From assembly GCA_024704765.1 (NCBI GenBank), contig JAKMXF010000332.1, positions 478,018 to 542,017 of the forward strand: a stretch of 64,000 nucleotides of DNA, given 5' to 3'. Each line of letters opens with the position of its first letter. The first letter of the stretch is position 1. The position numbers were made by a program, and so were the translations under genes. This DNA is from Oopsacas minuta. Lineage: Eukaryota > Animalia > Porifera. This document shows positions 24,466 to 38,412 of this stretch, piece by piece. The notes under the pieces are model-generated. The model did not search any database. It was not told the DNA's origin and saw only the letters and a program-made list of their open reading frames with translations.

Positions 24466-26082
24466 CTAGGAAGCTTGTTTGAGTGAGGACATCCCTGCTC
24501 GCATAACCTCATCCACTAACAATAAGTTACTAGCAATAGCAGTAGCGGATTGAATCAACTGTCTTTTCACTCTGTAGTTGTCAAAGATACCAGAATCAAT
24601 AGGAAATTGTGCATCACCTGAATAAATATCCAAACCTACTGGGAATTTATTAGTAGAATATTCTTGCTGGAGTTTAACGATGATATCCTGTGGGTCTAGT
24701 CCAGCATTCTGAGCCAAACATTTTGGCGTAATCAGGAGCGCATCAGCAAATGCTTTTGCTCCAAGCTTCGCCTTACCCTTAATATCATTCATAAATTCTG
24801 GATCAATAATGGCTGAATGAGCTGCTATTTCGAATGCCCCAGCCCCTGGGATAATACATTCATCCTCAATTGCATTCATTACTGCTCTCAAACCGTCGTG
24901 AATAGCATCTTTTATCTGGACTATAGAGTGATTATTTGGACCTTTAATTAATATGGTCACTGAAGCAGGGTTCTTTACATCTTCTATGAATGTATATGTG
25001 TCTTCCCCTAAAGTGTGCTGATACACAACTCCAGCGTATCCCAAGCAATCGGATGTGAGTTCGTCATCAACAGAATTCATAGCTTCTCCTCCACAGGCCA
25101 GCATCAACCGTTCCATGTTTCTACGTTTCACTCTCCTTAGTCCTAATATGTTCTCCTTGGCAAGCATATCAAGAGAGAGAGGGTCAATTCCCTTTTGATT
25201 CAGAACAAGAAATCCTTTATCACTGTTAGGACCGGAGCAAACTTTCTTCTTAAGATCAATAATCCTTTGGACTTTTTCATCTGTGAATTTTCTCTCTGCT
25301 AGGACAAGTCTTTCTCTCTGATCAGATGATTTGTAAACGAATGAAGAATTTATTTCACTTTTCTCATACTCCATTGAAACATTGCAAGTCAATACAAATG
25401 CTTGATCAATGCGTCGTGGCATATCAGGGTGGCGGCCTCCATGATCCGTAACGATACCGTATATGAGTTTAGTATCTAACTCTGTTTGATGCATCATTTC
25501 CATAATTTCAATCATATGAAGGTCAATGTGAAAATCTTCCCGCTTGATGGCTAAAACGGCATCAACTACAACTTCAGTAAGGAGGTCAGCCAGATCTTGC
25601 TTGACTTTGGTACGAAGAGAAGTGCGAGCCACATTTATAAGCATATGCCTTTCAGCACCAATTTTTACACGGATAAGATCTAAAACTTCGAGGGCCTTTA
25701 TCTTTGCCAGATCAAAACCTTCAGTGGCAACGCGAGGATGCAACCCTTCGCTCACGTAATATTCCGCTTGCTTCAATAACTCTCCAATAAGCAATACATT
25801 TGAAGTAGTACCATCGCCGGTTATTTGATCTTGAGCAGTGGAAGTTCTGGCAATTAATGATGCAGTTGGATGTTGAATCTGCATTTCATGTAATAGTACA
25901 TTTCCATCTTTGGTAATCTTAATATCTCCTGAGCCTGAAACGAGCATCTTCATAGTACCTTTAGGCCCCAAATTAGTCCGCATTACTTCCTGGAGGCCTT
26001 TCGCAGCGTTTACATTCAGAAGTAATGCTTGGCCTGCACGAGCTATCTCGGCGTTTGGATTAAGTTCTTTGATAGCAGTCAT
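24466..26082 (-). CDS. CCT6: T-complex protein 1 subunit zeta (chaperonin CCT6), intronless, 538 aa
   Basis: Zeta-type N-terminus ([59 protein letters not shown]), GDGTTS ATP motif, and C-terminus [15 protein letters not shown]. Uninterrupted ORF. Confidence 0.98.
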   Translation of the reverse strand: MTAIKELNPNAEIARAGQALLLNVNAAKGLQEVMRTNLGPKGTMKMLVSGSGDIKITKDGNVLLHEMQIQHPTASLIARTSTAQDQITGDGTTSNVLLIGELLKQAEYYVSEGLHPRVATEGFDLAKIKALEVLDLIRVKIGAERHMLINVARTSLRTKVKQDLADLLTEVVVDAVLAIKREDFHIDLHMIEIMEMMHQTELDTKLIYGIVTDHGGRHPDMPRRIDQAFVLTCNVSMEYEKSEINSSFVYKSSDQRERLVLAERKFTDEKVQRIIDLKKKVCSGPNSDKGFLVLNQKGIDPLSLDMLAKENILGLRRVKRRNMERLMLACGGEAMNSVDDELTSDCLGYAGVVYQHTLGEDTYTFIEDVKNPASVTILIKGPNNHSIVQIKDAIHDGLRAVMNAIEDECIIPGAGAFEIAAHSAIIDPEFMNDIKGKAKLGAKAFADALLITPKCLAQNAGLDPQDIIVKLQQEYSTNKFPVGLDIYSGDAQFPIDSGIFDNYRVKRQLIQSATAIASNLLLVDEVMRAGMSSLKQAS

Positions 26083-26677
26083 TGAATGATTAGAGAAAAG
26101 TGCAACAAGTCTACTTGAACAATTGATTCAAAAAATAATGTTATGGGTGATAGGAAAGAGAAAACCGCTAAAGTGGAGTATATAAAATATTAATAGTACC
26201 AATAGAGGCATATATAGGGATCATCGGGAATACCTATTTACCCCGGATTTGGCAATGTTGATGTAATTATATAATTAAACTCTAAATGAATGAATATTCA
26301 AACTCATAATATGTTTAGGGATTACTTATATGTCGGCGGCCTACATGGTCCGCTAGCCGACAAATAAGGAATTATGGCCGACATATAAGGATTTAGCCAA
26401 CAAATAAGGATTTAGGCGACAAATAAGGAATTTTATATTTCTAACTTCGTATAAATTGCCTCGAATTTCTCCATATATGTATAATAATTCGTATTAATCA
26501 AAATCGCGGTAATCCTAAAGGGGAAAACGTATATTTCTAACATGCAATGTTTGGGCAAATTTGGTTGAATTTCGGGTTCAAAAGGTCATTTTCTGATTGG
26601 GACACAGTAACTCAGTCCTACCATCTGAGGATAATATTCATTATATTTGTGCGAATTAAACAACGTAGCTACTTATC

Positions 26678-29600
26678 ATGGCTGAACCAAGCGATCAATC
26701 AGATGAATATTTTGCGGCTATAGCTTCACAAAATTATTTCCTCGATTTTAATTCATGTTCTCTAACTGGACACAATGAAATCGAACATCCAACTGAAATG
26801 ATTGACTACCCCAATTAACTTCATAATTACAACCTTGATCATCATACTGATGCATTCGGTCCCATTTCTTCAACTGAAAGTCAATATATAATTTCGAAAT
26901 TTCCAGATCCTATTGATACAAACTCACCGCCTAACGAATGTTCCCAGGTAGACCCAGAGCAAGTCTCTGAAAATCAGAGTGTTTCTGAATCAATAACCCA
27001 TACGGATGTCAGAAGAAGAATTGATACAATGATTCTATCAAGGTCTACTATCCTACCGTATGATATGCCCAAAGGACCTTGGGAATCTCATGTGACATCT
27101 AAATTAGATTTAAATGAATGGGCGTTGGATCTTGCTACTGGTGGCGGGAGATTTAACTTAGTGTGAAGTTCAACTTATACACCTACATCTAGAAAAGGCA
27201 AGCAGAGGGTTTTAAGTTGCTACAGAGCTAAAAAGGGCAAACTCACAAATGAAAAACGAAATACCATTACACAAAGGTGTAATTGTCCATATAGCATTCG
27301 TTTAGAAGAATGTATTGAAGGTCGGGCAGTAGTTACAGGAAATTTTGTACACAATCACGATTTAGTAGAAAGTCATAGCGCTAGTCTAGCGGAGTCTTCC
27401 CTTCGACAAATACCATTCGAATTTAATACCCTCGGCTTTGAGCTTAAACGTGCAGGTCTCAAGGCATCAAAAATTAATCAAGTTTTTATAAGTAAAGCAA
27501 ATGAAAAACATTTTCCAATAACGTGGTCTTCTCAAGATGTGTACAATAAATTTCAGCCAAGTGTTGAAGAAAGAGGTTTTGATGCAACGAACTTCGTCAG
27601 TTATCTACAAGAACAACTATCTACCAAAGGATTGTATTTCGCTATACAGACAGCAGAAGACAGCTCAATGAGTAAGTCTTTTGGACATTAACTGATAGTT
27701 TTGAACGCTGGGTTGAAAATTCTGAAGCTAACATCGTGCTCTTCGATACCACCCATGGTACAAATAAATATACCCTTAAGTTTACCGCTTTTTGTCCAGT
27801 CAATAAACATGGAAATACTCAAGTCCTGGCATGTACACTACTTGATCGTGAAACAGAGGAAGCATTTACTTGGGCATTCAGTGAATTCCTGAAACCATTT
27901 CGACATCCACCCAAAATCATTATTACAGACAGTGACCCAGCTATGGCCGCAGCGATCAGAAATGTATACCCTTCCACTATACATCTCCTTTGCACTTTTC
28001 ACATTGGCCAAAATATTGTCAAACATATTAAACCTCTTTTCAGTGGCCGACATGAAAACTTATGCGAAAGTTGGAATGCTTTCTTAAATTCATGGTGGAA
28101 TCTATGTAAAAAACACGATTCAGAATCTCGTGATGATTTTGATCAAGAATGGAAAGAACTTTTGGCTCTAGTTCAGTCCAGGTAAAACTCGAATAACGAG
28201 AAAGTTTTCCATTCTGCTCAACTTTTTTTACGTATATTATATGACAAGAGAATTCAATGGGCATCACGATGGACCTGGCAACACCTCACGTTGGGTGCTC
28301 ATTCCACACAACGTTCAGAATCCATTCACTCAACGATCAAACAGTTTTTAAATGTACATACTCTTCTTACACATCTCGCGAATAAAATTGATGAAATAGG
28401 AAGACCCTTTCTCTTTCAGGACAAAATGAAGGACATGTACGGTTAGCGCTTAAAATGGCTACATACTCATCTAAACATCCGATAGAACGAAACCTTAAGT
28501 TAACACCATTTGCACTGGCGATTGTAAAGGCACAAATTGATCAGTGCATGCAATATAGTGTTTATGCCATATTGAACGTTGGCGAAGGAAAGATTTATGA
28601 AGTTAACTCTATTGTCAGAGACTCAGGTAAGGAAGAAGTTGTAATAATATAGTACACTCGAACCTCTCTTATCCGGATAGTGCCGGACCGTAGGGTGCCG
28701 GGAGTCAAAATTTGCCCGAATCTGAGAAATACCATTAACTCTATGGGAGGGCCAATTAGTTGGAATTGGGTCCACTTTTCAGAACCGTACCCGAGATACC
28801 CGATCCCGATTCCAACTCTGGATCCAATTATAATCAATAGGATAAATATCACTATGGACGGATATAGCTGTTATGACGGTTTTTAGTTACAAAGAAACGT
28901 GTTAGATATGAAGTACGAGTAAAACAGCTCTACTATAAGGAATATTTACTAAAAATTGAAATGATCGAATCAGTTTCAATCCATTTGGAAAAATGGTGCC
29001 CGGTTGAGGGAGGTACCCGGATATCGGAGTCCGGATAAGAAGTTCGAGTGTACGTATAATAATTTATGCTAATTCAAATACGTATTTTGTCTTTATTCTA
29101 GTTGAAAGAGAAGGATTGTCGGGAGGTACCAACAAGGAGAAATTAACATCTATGGACCTCGGGTTATCGAAGGTTTTTACTAAGTCCAGCCGTAAGACAA
29201 CGTTGACATCTTGCACATGCTTTTTCCCATCATCATGGGGCTTACCATGTCGTCACATGCTTATTGTTTGTCATCACGAGAAAATAACGAATATATATGA
29301 CGAAGCTATAGTTGATTTCTGGAAGGTATGTAGTCATTCGATACAGCACAGATATTATTGCAACCGCACTCGGTTATATCAGAATTACGTAATGACTTGC
29401 CAAATTATTAACGTTGTGTCCTTGTGTTCTTTCAACTATTAATGGATCGTCTCATAATCGATAGAGAATTAAGCAGATCACAATTCTAATATCTACAGCT
29501 GTATTGGTAGTCAGAATGTAATAGAATTACAAGAAAATGATCAAAATAATCCTATCCTAACGAAACACGAAAGGTATGACATGCTAACAACAGAATTTAA

Positions 29601-29830
29601 AACATTGCTCATCTTGCATCATTTGACCTTTTTCGCTTATGAGAGGTAAATTAGCCGAAATGGACCAATTGCTAAGACCTATGCCACAGGAAAGTGGAGC
29701 AATTATTCCAAGTATCGCAACAATCCTAAATCCTAGACGTGTTCGATCCAAAGGGCGCCCTTCTAATAAAAGGAAACGGAGCTTTAACGATGTTAGGACG
29801 AAGAAAAGGAATACAGATAAAAACAAATGA
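26678..29830 (+). pseudogene. MULE transposase (FAR1/WRKY-like finger, DDE, SWIM), several stops and frameshifts
   Basis: RCNCPYSIRL..HNHDL; VLFDTTHGTNKY; IITDSDPAMAAAI; LLCTFH; STQRSES; SWIM CTC..GLPCRH. Intron 28627-29101. Confidence 0.9.
28655..29050. mobile_element. pogo/Tc1-type MITE inside the MULE transposase intron
   Basis: TIR CACTCGAAC..CTTATCCGGA at both ends; TA duplication at 28653-54 and 29051-52. Confidence 0.88.
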
Positions 29831-30685
29831 AAATTTGGCCTTTGTCACAGTGTAATAGTTGTCATTAGAGATATGCACATATATGTAGATCCTTTCTCTA
29901 GTGTAGCAATATAACATTCCTTATAATAATCATTATATGTTCCTTATGAATCCTTATATGTCGGTTAAATCCTTATATGTCGGCTATAATTCCTTATTTG
30001 TCGGCTAGCCGACAATGTAGGCCGCCGACATATAAGTAATCTCATATGTTTAACACACTAAAAAATATGCTGTTAGCAAAGACACAAAGTAGCAACGAAT
30101 AATTATATACCATATATAGGGCTGACAACTCCCAGTTACCAAAAAGCGGGAGGTTTTGTTAACTGCATAATTCTAGACTGTATGCATCGAAATGTGAATA
30201 TAACACAAATGTTGAGAAAGACATTAGAATATACAGTAAACTCTCGTTATAGTGAAGTGTTTGGAGCAGATTTCATTTGTATAAGTTGAGCAACATCAAT
30301 TGCTTTCAAAATCGGCCGAATGAAGTGTTGTCGTGCTAGAATGAATTTAGGAAGGGAAAAGAAAATAGTATTAACAGATTTTCCTAAAATGAATTATAAT
30401 TATTCGAGGAAATATACCAGCCAACAATTTAGAAAAGATAAAATCTAATCGAAGGGAAAATTCTCCATAACCATCCTAACAGTGAACAAACTTAGGGCAT
30501 CCAAAAGGTTCCCATTTGGTTTAATATCTTGACACTACAACAACATACTAATCACATTTCTACATAGAATGTTCGGAACACTCCCTCTTTACATCTATAC
30601 ATAGTTGTAGCCTTCAACCCATTTCAAAAATGTTCTTTATACTAGTCTCTGTCCACTGAATTGAGGTAGTTGTAAATTCCGTTTC

Positions 30686-31320
30686 CTAGTTCTTGTCGGG
30701 TCTGAAATAGCCGTCTTTTGAGATGTTTTTCAGCCCAGGAAATAGCCAAAAATACAAGGCGATACATCTGGGGAATCTATCACCTTGTTGGGAGCCACGA
30801 TTTGGTTTGTTCCTTACGCAGAGGTTCAGAAGATCTAATCCAAGTTTCGTCACCGGTAACGATTGTATATAACCTTCGAGAATTACCATCTCTATAATCT
30901 TTAAGCAATTTTTTTCGCGGATCTCTTCTCCTTTTGCCCCTTTGTGAGGATTCTTGGTATCCATCGCGCTGAAATCTTTCGATATTCAAGATAATCGTGT
31001 AGAATTGTATGAACATTTCCTGATGAGGTGTCCAAGAATAGGGCAATCTCTTCAACGCCCAAATGGGGAACAATAGCCAATACTTCCAGAATTTTAGAAG
31101 CAATTTCAGGGGTGGTACGGAAATTGGTCTTCCGGTCAGAGGGTCATCTTCAATGCTGCCCCTACAAGCCTTTAATTTACGTGCCCATTCCGAACAGTGG
31201 AATACGCTAGAGCTCCCCATGATAAACGGTGACGAGAACCTCATGTATCTGGAGAGGTTTGTCGTCGAGTACGGTGCGAATCTTCATGTAAGCTCGTTGT
31301 TCGGTTTTGTTTGATATGTG
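30686..31320 (-). pseudogene. mariner transposase relic (internally deleted)
   Basis: RAYMKIRT..IHEVLVTVY, GSIEDDPLTGRP, IVTGDETWI, and a degenerate YSPDL-like region. Confidence 0.8.
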
Positions 31321-31599
31321 TTTTGAAGCCGTGAAAAAGTTGACTCTCGAAACTAGGTAAAATGGAAAGTAGGATAGATAAAGATATATAATAGCTAGAG
31401 TGAATTGCTCCACAGCATTAAATAGGCAATTGATAGGACTAGTAGGATAGCCTATGCATTCCATTTAATCGAGTAGCGTTTGGCTGCAATAAACAAAGGG
31501 TGGGAATTTTGAATGCCCGAAGTAATTGACAAATCCTGCAATTTAAGCTGGGATACCTACTAATCCGCGTCTCTCAAGAATATTTATATTATAAAGTCC

Positions 31600-31815
31600 A
31601 GTGGCTCAGTTTAGGACAAATTGCAACATTCAGGTAGGGTAAATTCAAGTGTTAAAGGACAAAATCGAGTAACTCAGTTGTGGGACAAATTCCAACATTA
31701 AGTAAGGACAAACTCATTGTTTATACGACAAAATCCATTGAGTCAGTTTTGACAAATTCCAGTGTTTTAGGTCATAATCCTGTGACTCGGTTTTGGACAA
31801 ATTCCAACAATGTCC
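31600..31815. repeat. Degenerate tandem repeat (GACTCAGTTTTGGACAAATTCCA-like)
   Basis: GGACAAATTCC-like motif recurs several times within ~215 bp. Confidence 0.6.
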
Positions 31816-31994
31816 CACGCAAAGCTTCATGAAATATTGAATATGAAAACTAGATAGCATAGATTTTGATGATTTGAAAGATGATTTTGAATTAGCTAAA
31901 GATCATCACAAAATTCCAATCTGATTTGTTGTAACAGTAAAAACCTTTCAAATATAGCGAATTCCATTTTTTGAATTTTTAGGGGCTAAAGGGG

Positions 31995-34760
31995 CAGGGC
32001 CGTAGCCAGAGCGTAGTTTAGGAGGGGCTAAGTAAACTTTAGGGGGGCTTGGATACTTAAGATTTTTATATTAATTTTTGGGGAGGTCAATGAACTAATG
32101 AACTACAATTCTATATTAATCTCATAAATTTATATAATATCTAATATAAACGGAGTCTTCTATCCTTCTTCCTAGAAAATTTCAAGAGGAACTTTTCAAC
32201 ATCCATTTTTTTCGTATATCTAGATTCAAACGCAAGAAACACTAAATTGGAACATCTGATTTCCAAAATATTTCTCTGTGGCCTACTGACTCTAGTGAGA
32301 ACTGAGAACGAAGACTCACACATAGAAGTGCTACAACCAAACGTTGCTACAGTAGCAAACAAATTATATGTGTTATTAAACGGCTGTCGATACTTGTACA
32401 ATTCTTCGAGTATATTCGTTTTATCTTTCATGAATTCCTTACACTGACAATTCTTCAATTGAGGGAAGCGAAATCCCAAGCTCTGATAAAGGGTACAACT
32501 TATCAATGTCAAATTCTTCCATCGAATCAACTGCTTGTAATAACATGTTATTCTCAAAAAATCTCCTCTCGAATTCACGGCATGTTATATGAATTGTGTC
32601 TATGAATAATGATTCTAACGTATCATGTTCTTTTGTTGTAGATTCGGTAAGAATATAATCGTTATATAAACAGTTAGGTTTATTGCGTCTAATTGGATGA
32701 GATATATCATCTTCATCATGCAGTAGTATACTTTTGGCCTCGCTAACTATCCCACTAAATGCATCTGGATTTGAAGCTTATTAATGTTCTTAAATACAGA
32801 ATTGATAATTTCCATGGCGTTTTTAAGCCTGCATCACGGGATTGTAAGATCTTATCTGCTGGTTCTATTGTAAGTAGGAGCTTTTTCATAAATATCAAAC
32901 AAAAACGGAACTCTAACTTAATTGGTATGGCCAACAAACCAGTACTCTGTACAACTTGCTCTCCACTAAATTCTGTGGAGCATTGGACAGTTCTAAGCAA
33001 TTCAATAATAGTTTGATAGTTAGAATAAATAGTCTCAGTGATTTTCAAATGTCCGGACCATCTTTGTTCTAAAAGACGACCCATACGAGTTCCTGTATAA
33101 ATTGATATAACTTTGACATGATTCAGAAATAAGTGTAACATTCTACATTGGTCAAAAATATCATGAGTTCTGGAACTTCAGATATTATTTTCATAATTAC
33201 CAAATGAAGTCGATGGTTGAAACAATGAACATACGGAACCTTTCGATGTAATTCCTCTTGAATGAGGGTTTGAACACCCCCTTTTCTACCACTCATTACA
33301 CTCGCGCCATCATAGCACTGTGAAAGTAATCGTTTAGAATCCAATCCATTATTTCTCAAGATCTCCAATGTTAAATTAGCCATGGTTTTGGCATCTGAAG
33401 AGAGAGTTGTTGCTACATTAACTAAAGATTCAAAAACTTTACCTTTCCTAACATAGCGAATTCCAATTGATACATGTTCTATATTGTTACGATCTCTAGT
33501 GCCATCTTCTAGTAAAGTAAACCACGGGACATCAGCATCTAAAATTTCAAAAATAATTTCTTCCCTAACTACTTCCGACATAATATCTATCACATCATTT
33601 TGAATATCTGGAGAAAGGTAATGAGCATTTTTAGGAATTTGTGTATAGATTTCAGCGAGTTTCGGGTCCTTTGTAAGTGTATATTCAAACAAATTCCTGA
33701 ATAATCTATGCTCCGTATTATCATCAATATCATAATTTCCACGCAGAGCTAATTCATTGACAGCTAAAAATTGAACAACTTCAGCAATGGACCGTATGTA
33801 ATATCTATTTTTTTCAAAAACATTAGCACAAACTAATGTAGATATTTCTAGTTGGGATGATTCACGAAGCTCTTTTTCACGCCAATTCGCCATTGCAGTA
33901 AGATGAACACGAGAATCAGCATGTTTACAAAGTCCTTTGCTTTTTTCTATTGCCGATTTCCAATTTTTAAATCCAATGTTTGTGAAGACATTTTCTTTAG
34001 TCCCGTGTGAGAGAAATTGACGGCAGGGATAGCAAAATACAGCATCAAGGGATGGTGAATATTCCAACCAGGGAAATCTAATAAACCAATCTTGTTGAAA
34101 ACTACGGCCAATAGAATCCTTCGGATAAATCAATCCTTTAATTTGTATAATGTTTCCTCCTAGAGTAGATATATCTGGTATTTCTTTGTTGATCGGATTA
34201 TATATTTCAATACTATTCAAGGGATCAGAAAGAGAGCTATCAAAGGAAATAAAATTATCCATAGTAATATAATCACTTACTAAATTGAATAGAAAATCAA
34301 AATTATTAACAATTTGACAGAACTAAAATTAAAAGGAGAAAAAACAGGAACAAAATTATTTGCATTATAAGAAAATATCAGAGGATTCTTGATCATTTTG
34401 AAAAATCAGGAGACTACGTGTTTCTATGTATGATGATTATAGCCATGAGGAATGATTTCACAATTCGCATATCAAATGTAATAAACTGGAAGGAATATAT
34501 GTTGTGGTCATATAATAACAAAAATATAATTTCAATGGTCGCTGTAAGAGCATCCAATGAATTAAGTATATCAACTAGCAATAGGAATTAGATAATTAGA
34601 ATGTATAGTCAATTTGACATATTCACAAACATTTCCTTGATTTAACTAATATTCAAGATCTAAGATAGTAAAGATCAATATAGCTTAGCAAAATTTACGG
34701 GGTGGTTAAATTTGGTAGGGGGGGCTCAGCCCCCGATAGCCCCCCCTAGCTACGGCCCTG
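31995..34760 (-). mobile_element. hAT transposon (DUF4371 type), full length
   Basis: TIR CAGGGCCGTAGC(C/T)AG; perfect 8-bp TSD TAAAGGGG. Confidence 0.95.
32141..34262 (-). pseudogene. hAT transposase, broken into three ORFs
   Basis: WLEYSPSLDAVFCYPC, LLEDGTRD, SQCYDGASVMSG, VHCFNHRLHL, QRW, CESSFS. Confidence 0.9.
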
Positions 34761-35784
34761 TAAAGGGGCATAGTCACTATGGAGACGCTGCATTAGTTCG
34801 AATTTTGATGTTGTCGATAGTTAGAAATGGCATGTTGTCAATAGATTGAATTTACTGATTGAATAATTAATGAATAATTTTGAAAACATAATAATGAATG
34901 AAGAGGATGACATAGAATGAAAAACCAAGAGAATAAATATTGACCTAGCAATCCTTCTTAAATATAGCAACGACATACTGGACAGAATTGGTCTAATTGC
35001 TCAATCGTATTGCTGAAATTTGTGCAAAAGTTTGCGTGTCTGCATTGCAGAAATACCCACGTTTCTGTGCGCAGCCCCAGGCATATTGTACAAATTCTTG
35101 GATTTGCTGCCATTTCACCACGACCACGATTATCAAATGTAGAGTGGATAAGTGGTGCTGAAAGAAAAGTTATTTACATTAATCTTCTTGTATATTGGGA
35201 TATTCCAGCAATAGATTTTAAATCTTGTGTTAAGCCTGTCTTTTGGCCCAAATCCTTCGTGTGAAATGAAACCAACGCCTACAGATTTTTATTTCAGGGA
35301 ATTGCTTTTAAAAACTTTACGTGGTGCTATTCCCCAATCAGATATTGCCATTTTAGGTCGCAAGTGAAGAAATTTAGAACATATACAATCCAAAATAGAT
35401 TAATAAAGCCTCTCCTCTTTTCAGGTCATCAGACAATGGATTTCTGGAAAGTGTTTTATTCCAACAGTGATAAATATTGTCCGCAATTGATAAAATTGAA
35501 GTGGAACAGTGTAGAAAGTCCCATCAAATTGGATATGAATAATACAGACAAGAAATTCACCATTATTTGTGACGCATATACTAAAGCTATGACATTATCT
35601 ATACAAACAGCGATTATATGATGTTGATCAAAACTACAGCCTGGTAATTCTTAAAGATCTCCGCTGTCAGAGGGATCTCAGGCTGCATCCTTCTCCTAGT
35701 TTGATACAAGGAAGATTCAACTTCATTAAATAATTTTTCGGATGTAGCTAAACTATTCCTAGTTGTACCGTCAAATATTTCCCT

Positions 35785-36066
35785 TTATCTTCCATGCATG
35801 CTTTGGGCCATACTCTTGCATTTGGCTTTCAATCCATGGACCTCTGAATTGTATTCTTCGACCGCATGATTATGGGGTGATTTAGGAGTGACTAGGTTCG
35901 ATTCGTTGTTCAATATACTCGTTCGTTTATATCGTTTCTTATAAAGTACGCATCGTAAATACGTTTTGTTCTCCATTTCTTTGTACCTAAGATACTTAAA
36001 CCTATCGCTAGAAGTGGAAACCTTGCCCCCATTGCTTCGACGAAAATGATCTAGTAGGAACTCCAT
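35785..36066 (-). pseudogene. FLYWCH-type zinc-finger fragment (MULE-associated)
   Basis: FKYLRYK..KTYLRCVLYK....PHNH pattern. Confidence 0.5.
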
Positions 36067-36417
36067 ATGTAAAACAAATATTTTATTTAAGAATTAAGTA
36101 AATAATGAACTCTTACTTATATATGCTTCTGTAGTATTGTGACTACGTGTATTTGTTTACCTTTCCATACGAAACCAAATAAAAGTGTCACTAAAATACT
36201 CCACTGTTTAAATACATGTACGTATATACATGTAGTTGACTACTTGGGATAGGGAAGCCTGTGAAGTAATTCGATCTATGGGCAACACAGCTAAAAGAAA
36301 TTCGATCTATCGAAATCAAGAAAACTTCAATCTAATACAAGCAGCCCGTCATTATTGGTACCCAGGGCCTACTAACGCCTAAAGACGGTTCATAATGATT
36401 ATATACAATTATATAAA

Positions 36418-38409
36418 CAGGGTGCAACGAAAGTGTTGATACCTTGTATTTTCCCATGAAAATCTTTAAGGGGCATATTTACACTATATTTCTCTAAAAT
36501 TTTGAAAACTAGAAATGTTCACAATTAGTGGATTATTGCATTTTCGGCAACGTTAGACACTTCCTAACTTCTATTTAAATTGTATACAACAATCTTTTAT
36601 AGTTTTTAAAATGTTCCACTTTTTAAATGCATCATTTTCTGAATTAAGACCTACATTTCGTAATACAAATGTATTTTCCATTTTTTCGCCAAAACCTCAC
36701 AATATTGTTCTTTTAACATTTGCTAAATATTTTTAAGTGATAATATTTTGTTTTAATATCAATGAACCATACATAATTTATTTACTATACTTTCTAAAAT
36801 ATAGTTATAGTACTTTAGATTATTTCTTATTACATTAATTACTTATTGTATTCTAATATTTGTATTTTTTTTCCATTTTTAGGAGTGTCACATTATTTCG
36901 TATTAATGGATGTCCATGATCATGGAATCTTGCTTCGTTCTCGAGCTATAGGTATGCTAGATGCAGGGCTCACACAGAAGAAAGTGGCCCAAGACTTGAA
37001 TATTTCAATCTCTTCGGCGAAACGATGGTCTAGTTTGTATATAAAAGGTAGTTCATTAGTGACTAAACCTCGTTCAGGGAAGCCTCCTATTTTGAAACGG
37101 GCGGATAATATTGTTATTTCCAAGTCACTCGGTAAATGCAGGCAATCCACAAGAAAACTTGCACAGAAATTGAAGAATAGAGGCAATCCTGTATCTCATA
37201 TGTTTGTGTATCGTCATTTGACCGAATCTGTGGATGTTGGGTCTTTCAAAAGGCAAGAAATACCTCGATTATCTCAAAAGAACATCCAAGATCGTCTGAG
37301 CTTTGCTCGGAAGCATCAAAATTGGACAGTTAACGACTGGAAAAAGTTCTCTGGTCACACGAGTCTCCCTTCCAGCTCTTTGCAACACCAAACAAACAAA
37401 ATAATCGGGTTTGGGCAAAGAATAAGCAATATGTTTCTTCGGTATTTTTAGTTAAGTTTCCAGCAAAGATTCATGTGTGGGGCATGATGTCACATCAAGG
37501 CACTTTCAGAACTGCATATAATTCCGCAAGGTCAATCAATAATTAGTGCCTGCTACATTAATCAAATTTTGGCCAAGACTTGTATGGAGGCAGTTAACCG
37601 TTGTCGATATAATGGATCGGTTTTAGAGCGGTCAATGTTGGAAAAGATGTCCGAATTCATCTTTATACAAGATGGTGCACCGGCAGACACGGCTAATACA
37701 ACGCAGAAGTGGTGTCAAGATCATTAAATGCTTTCTGGCGTAAAATTGAATGGCCTGGGGACTCCCCTGACTTACACCATTTTGAAAACCTTTGGGGAAT
37801 AGTGAAAGAGAAGGTTAATGAAGAGGGCCAAATCACAAGGAGGGAACAGCTAATAGAAACAGTAAAATTAGCATGGAGAGACATTAATCGCAGTATTTTA
37901 GAGAATTTAGTAGCTAGCATGCCGGAACGTATAAGAATTGTATTAGAACAAAATGATTCGTATATAAACCGATGCTCTTTCAAATCTCTCAAATATCTTA
38001 TAAGTTTTAATGAATTATCTATGGTATCAACACTTTCGTTGCTCCCTGTAGAAATACTTGAAAATGAGCATCATGATAAGTAATCCAAATTCGTTGAATT
38101 CATCTTGGTATTACAACTTCAATTCAATGAATATGATATATAATTGTGCTTGACAACTTAGAATGATATTATCCTAACCGATCAAACTTCATTTTGTATT
38201 CCAAAGTCGAGATTTGGTTCGACTATTAGATAAAAACAATAAATAAGGAGAAATCATATCATATAAAGACATATTTTTACGCGATTATCTCCCCAAAAGT
38301 ATTATGATTGCATTTTTGATAGTTCACTATCCTAGGAATATGTGGTAAATACTTTTGAGCTCACTCTTGAATATGTTCTGAAATATATTGGATTTTGGCG
38401 TGCAACCTG
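36418..38409 (+). mobile_element. Tc1 element; degraded DD34E transposase at ~36906-37980
   Basis: Paired-like HTH (RAIGMLDAG..KVAQDL..AKRW..PRSGKP), FARKHQNWT..W, VWGMMS, QDGAPA, WPGDSPDL..ENLWG. Degenerate ends CAGGGTGCA / TGCAACCTG. Confidence 0.85.
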
Positions 38410-38412
38410 TTA

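Larger units (their letters stand above)
26318..30043 (+). mobile_element. Mutator/MULE transposon, full length
   Basis: ~95-bp TIRs (G(G/A)GATTACTTATATGTCGGCGGCCTACAT...) with CCGACA(A/T)ATAAGGA repeats; perfect 9-bp TSD ATATGTTTA. Confidence 0.95.

Noticed and set aside
25544-25759. Antisense ORF within CCT6 and similar short ORFs overlapping transposases
   Set aside because: Shadow frames of real coding sequence with no independent motifs.
24466-26082. CCT6 as a processed retrocopy
   Set aside because: Intronless, but no poly(A) tract or TSD and the ORF is intact; lineage-level intron loss is at least as likely.
34770-35640. Coding-like relic (ORFs 35010-35264, 35364-35621)
   Set aside because: Probably a TE remnant, but no family motif could be assigned.
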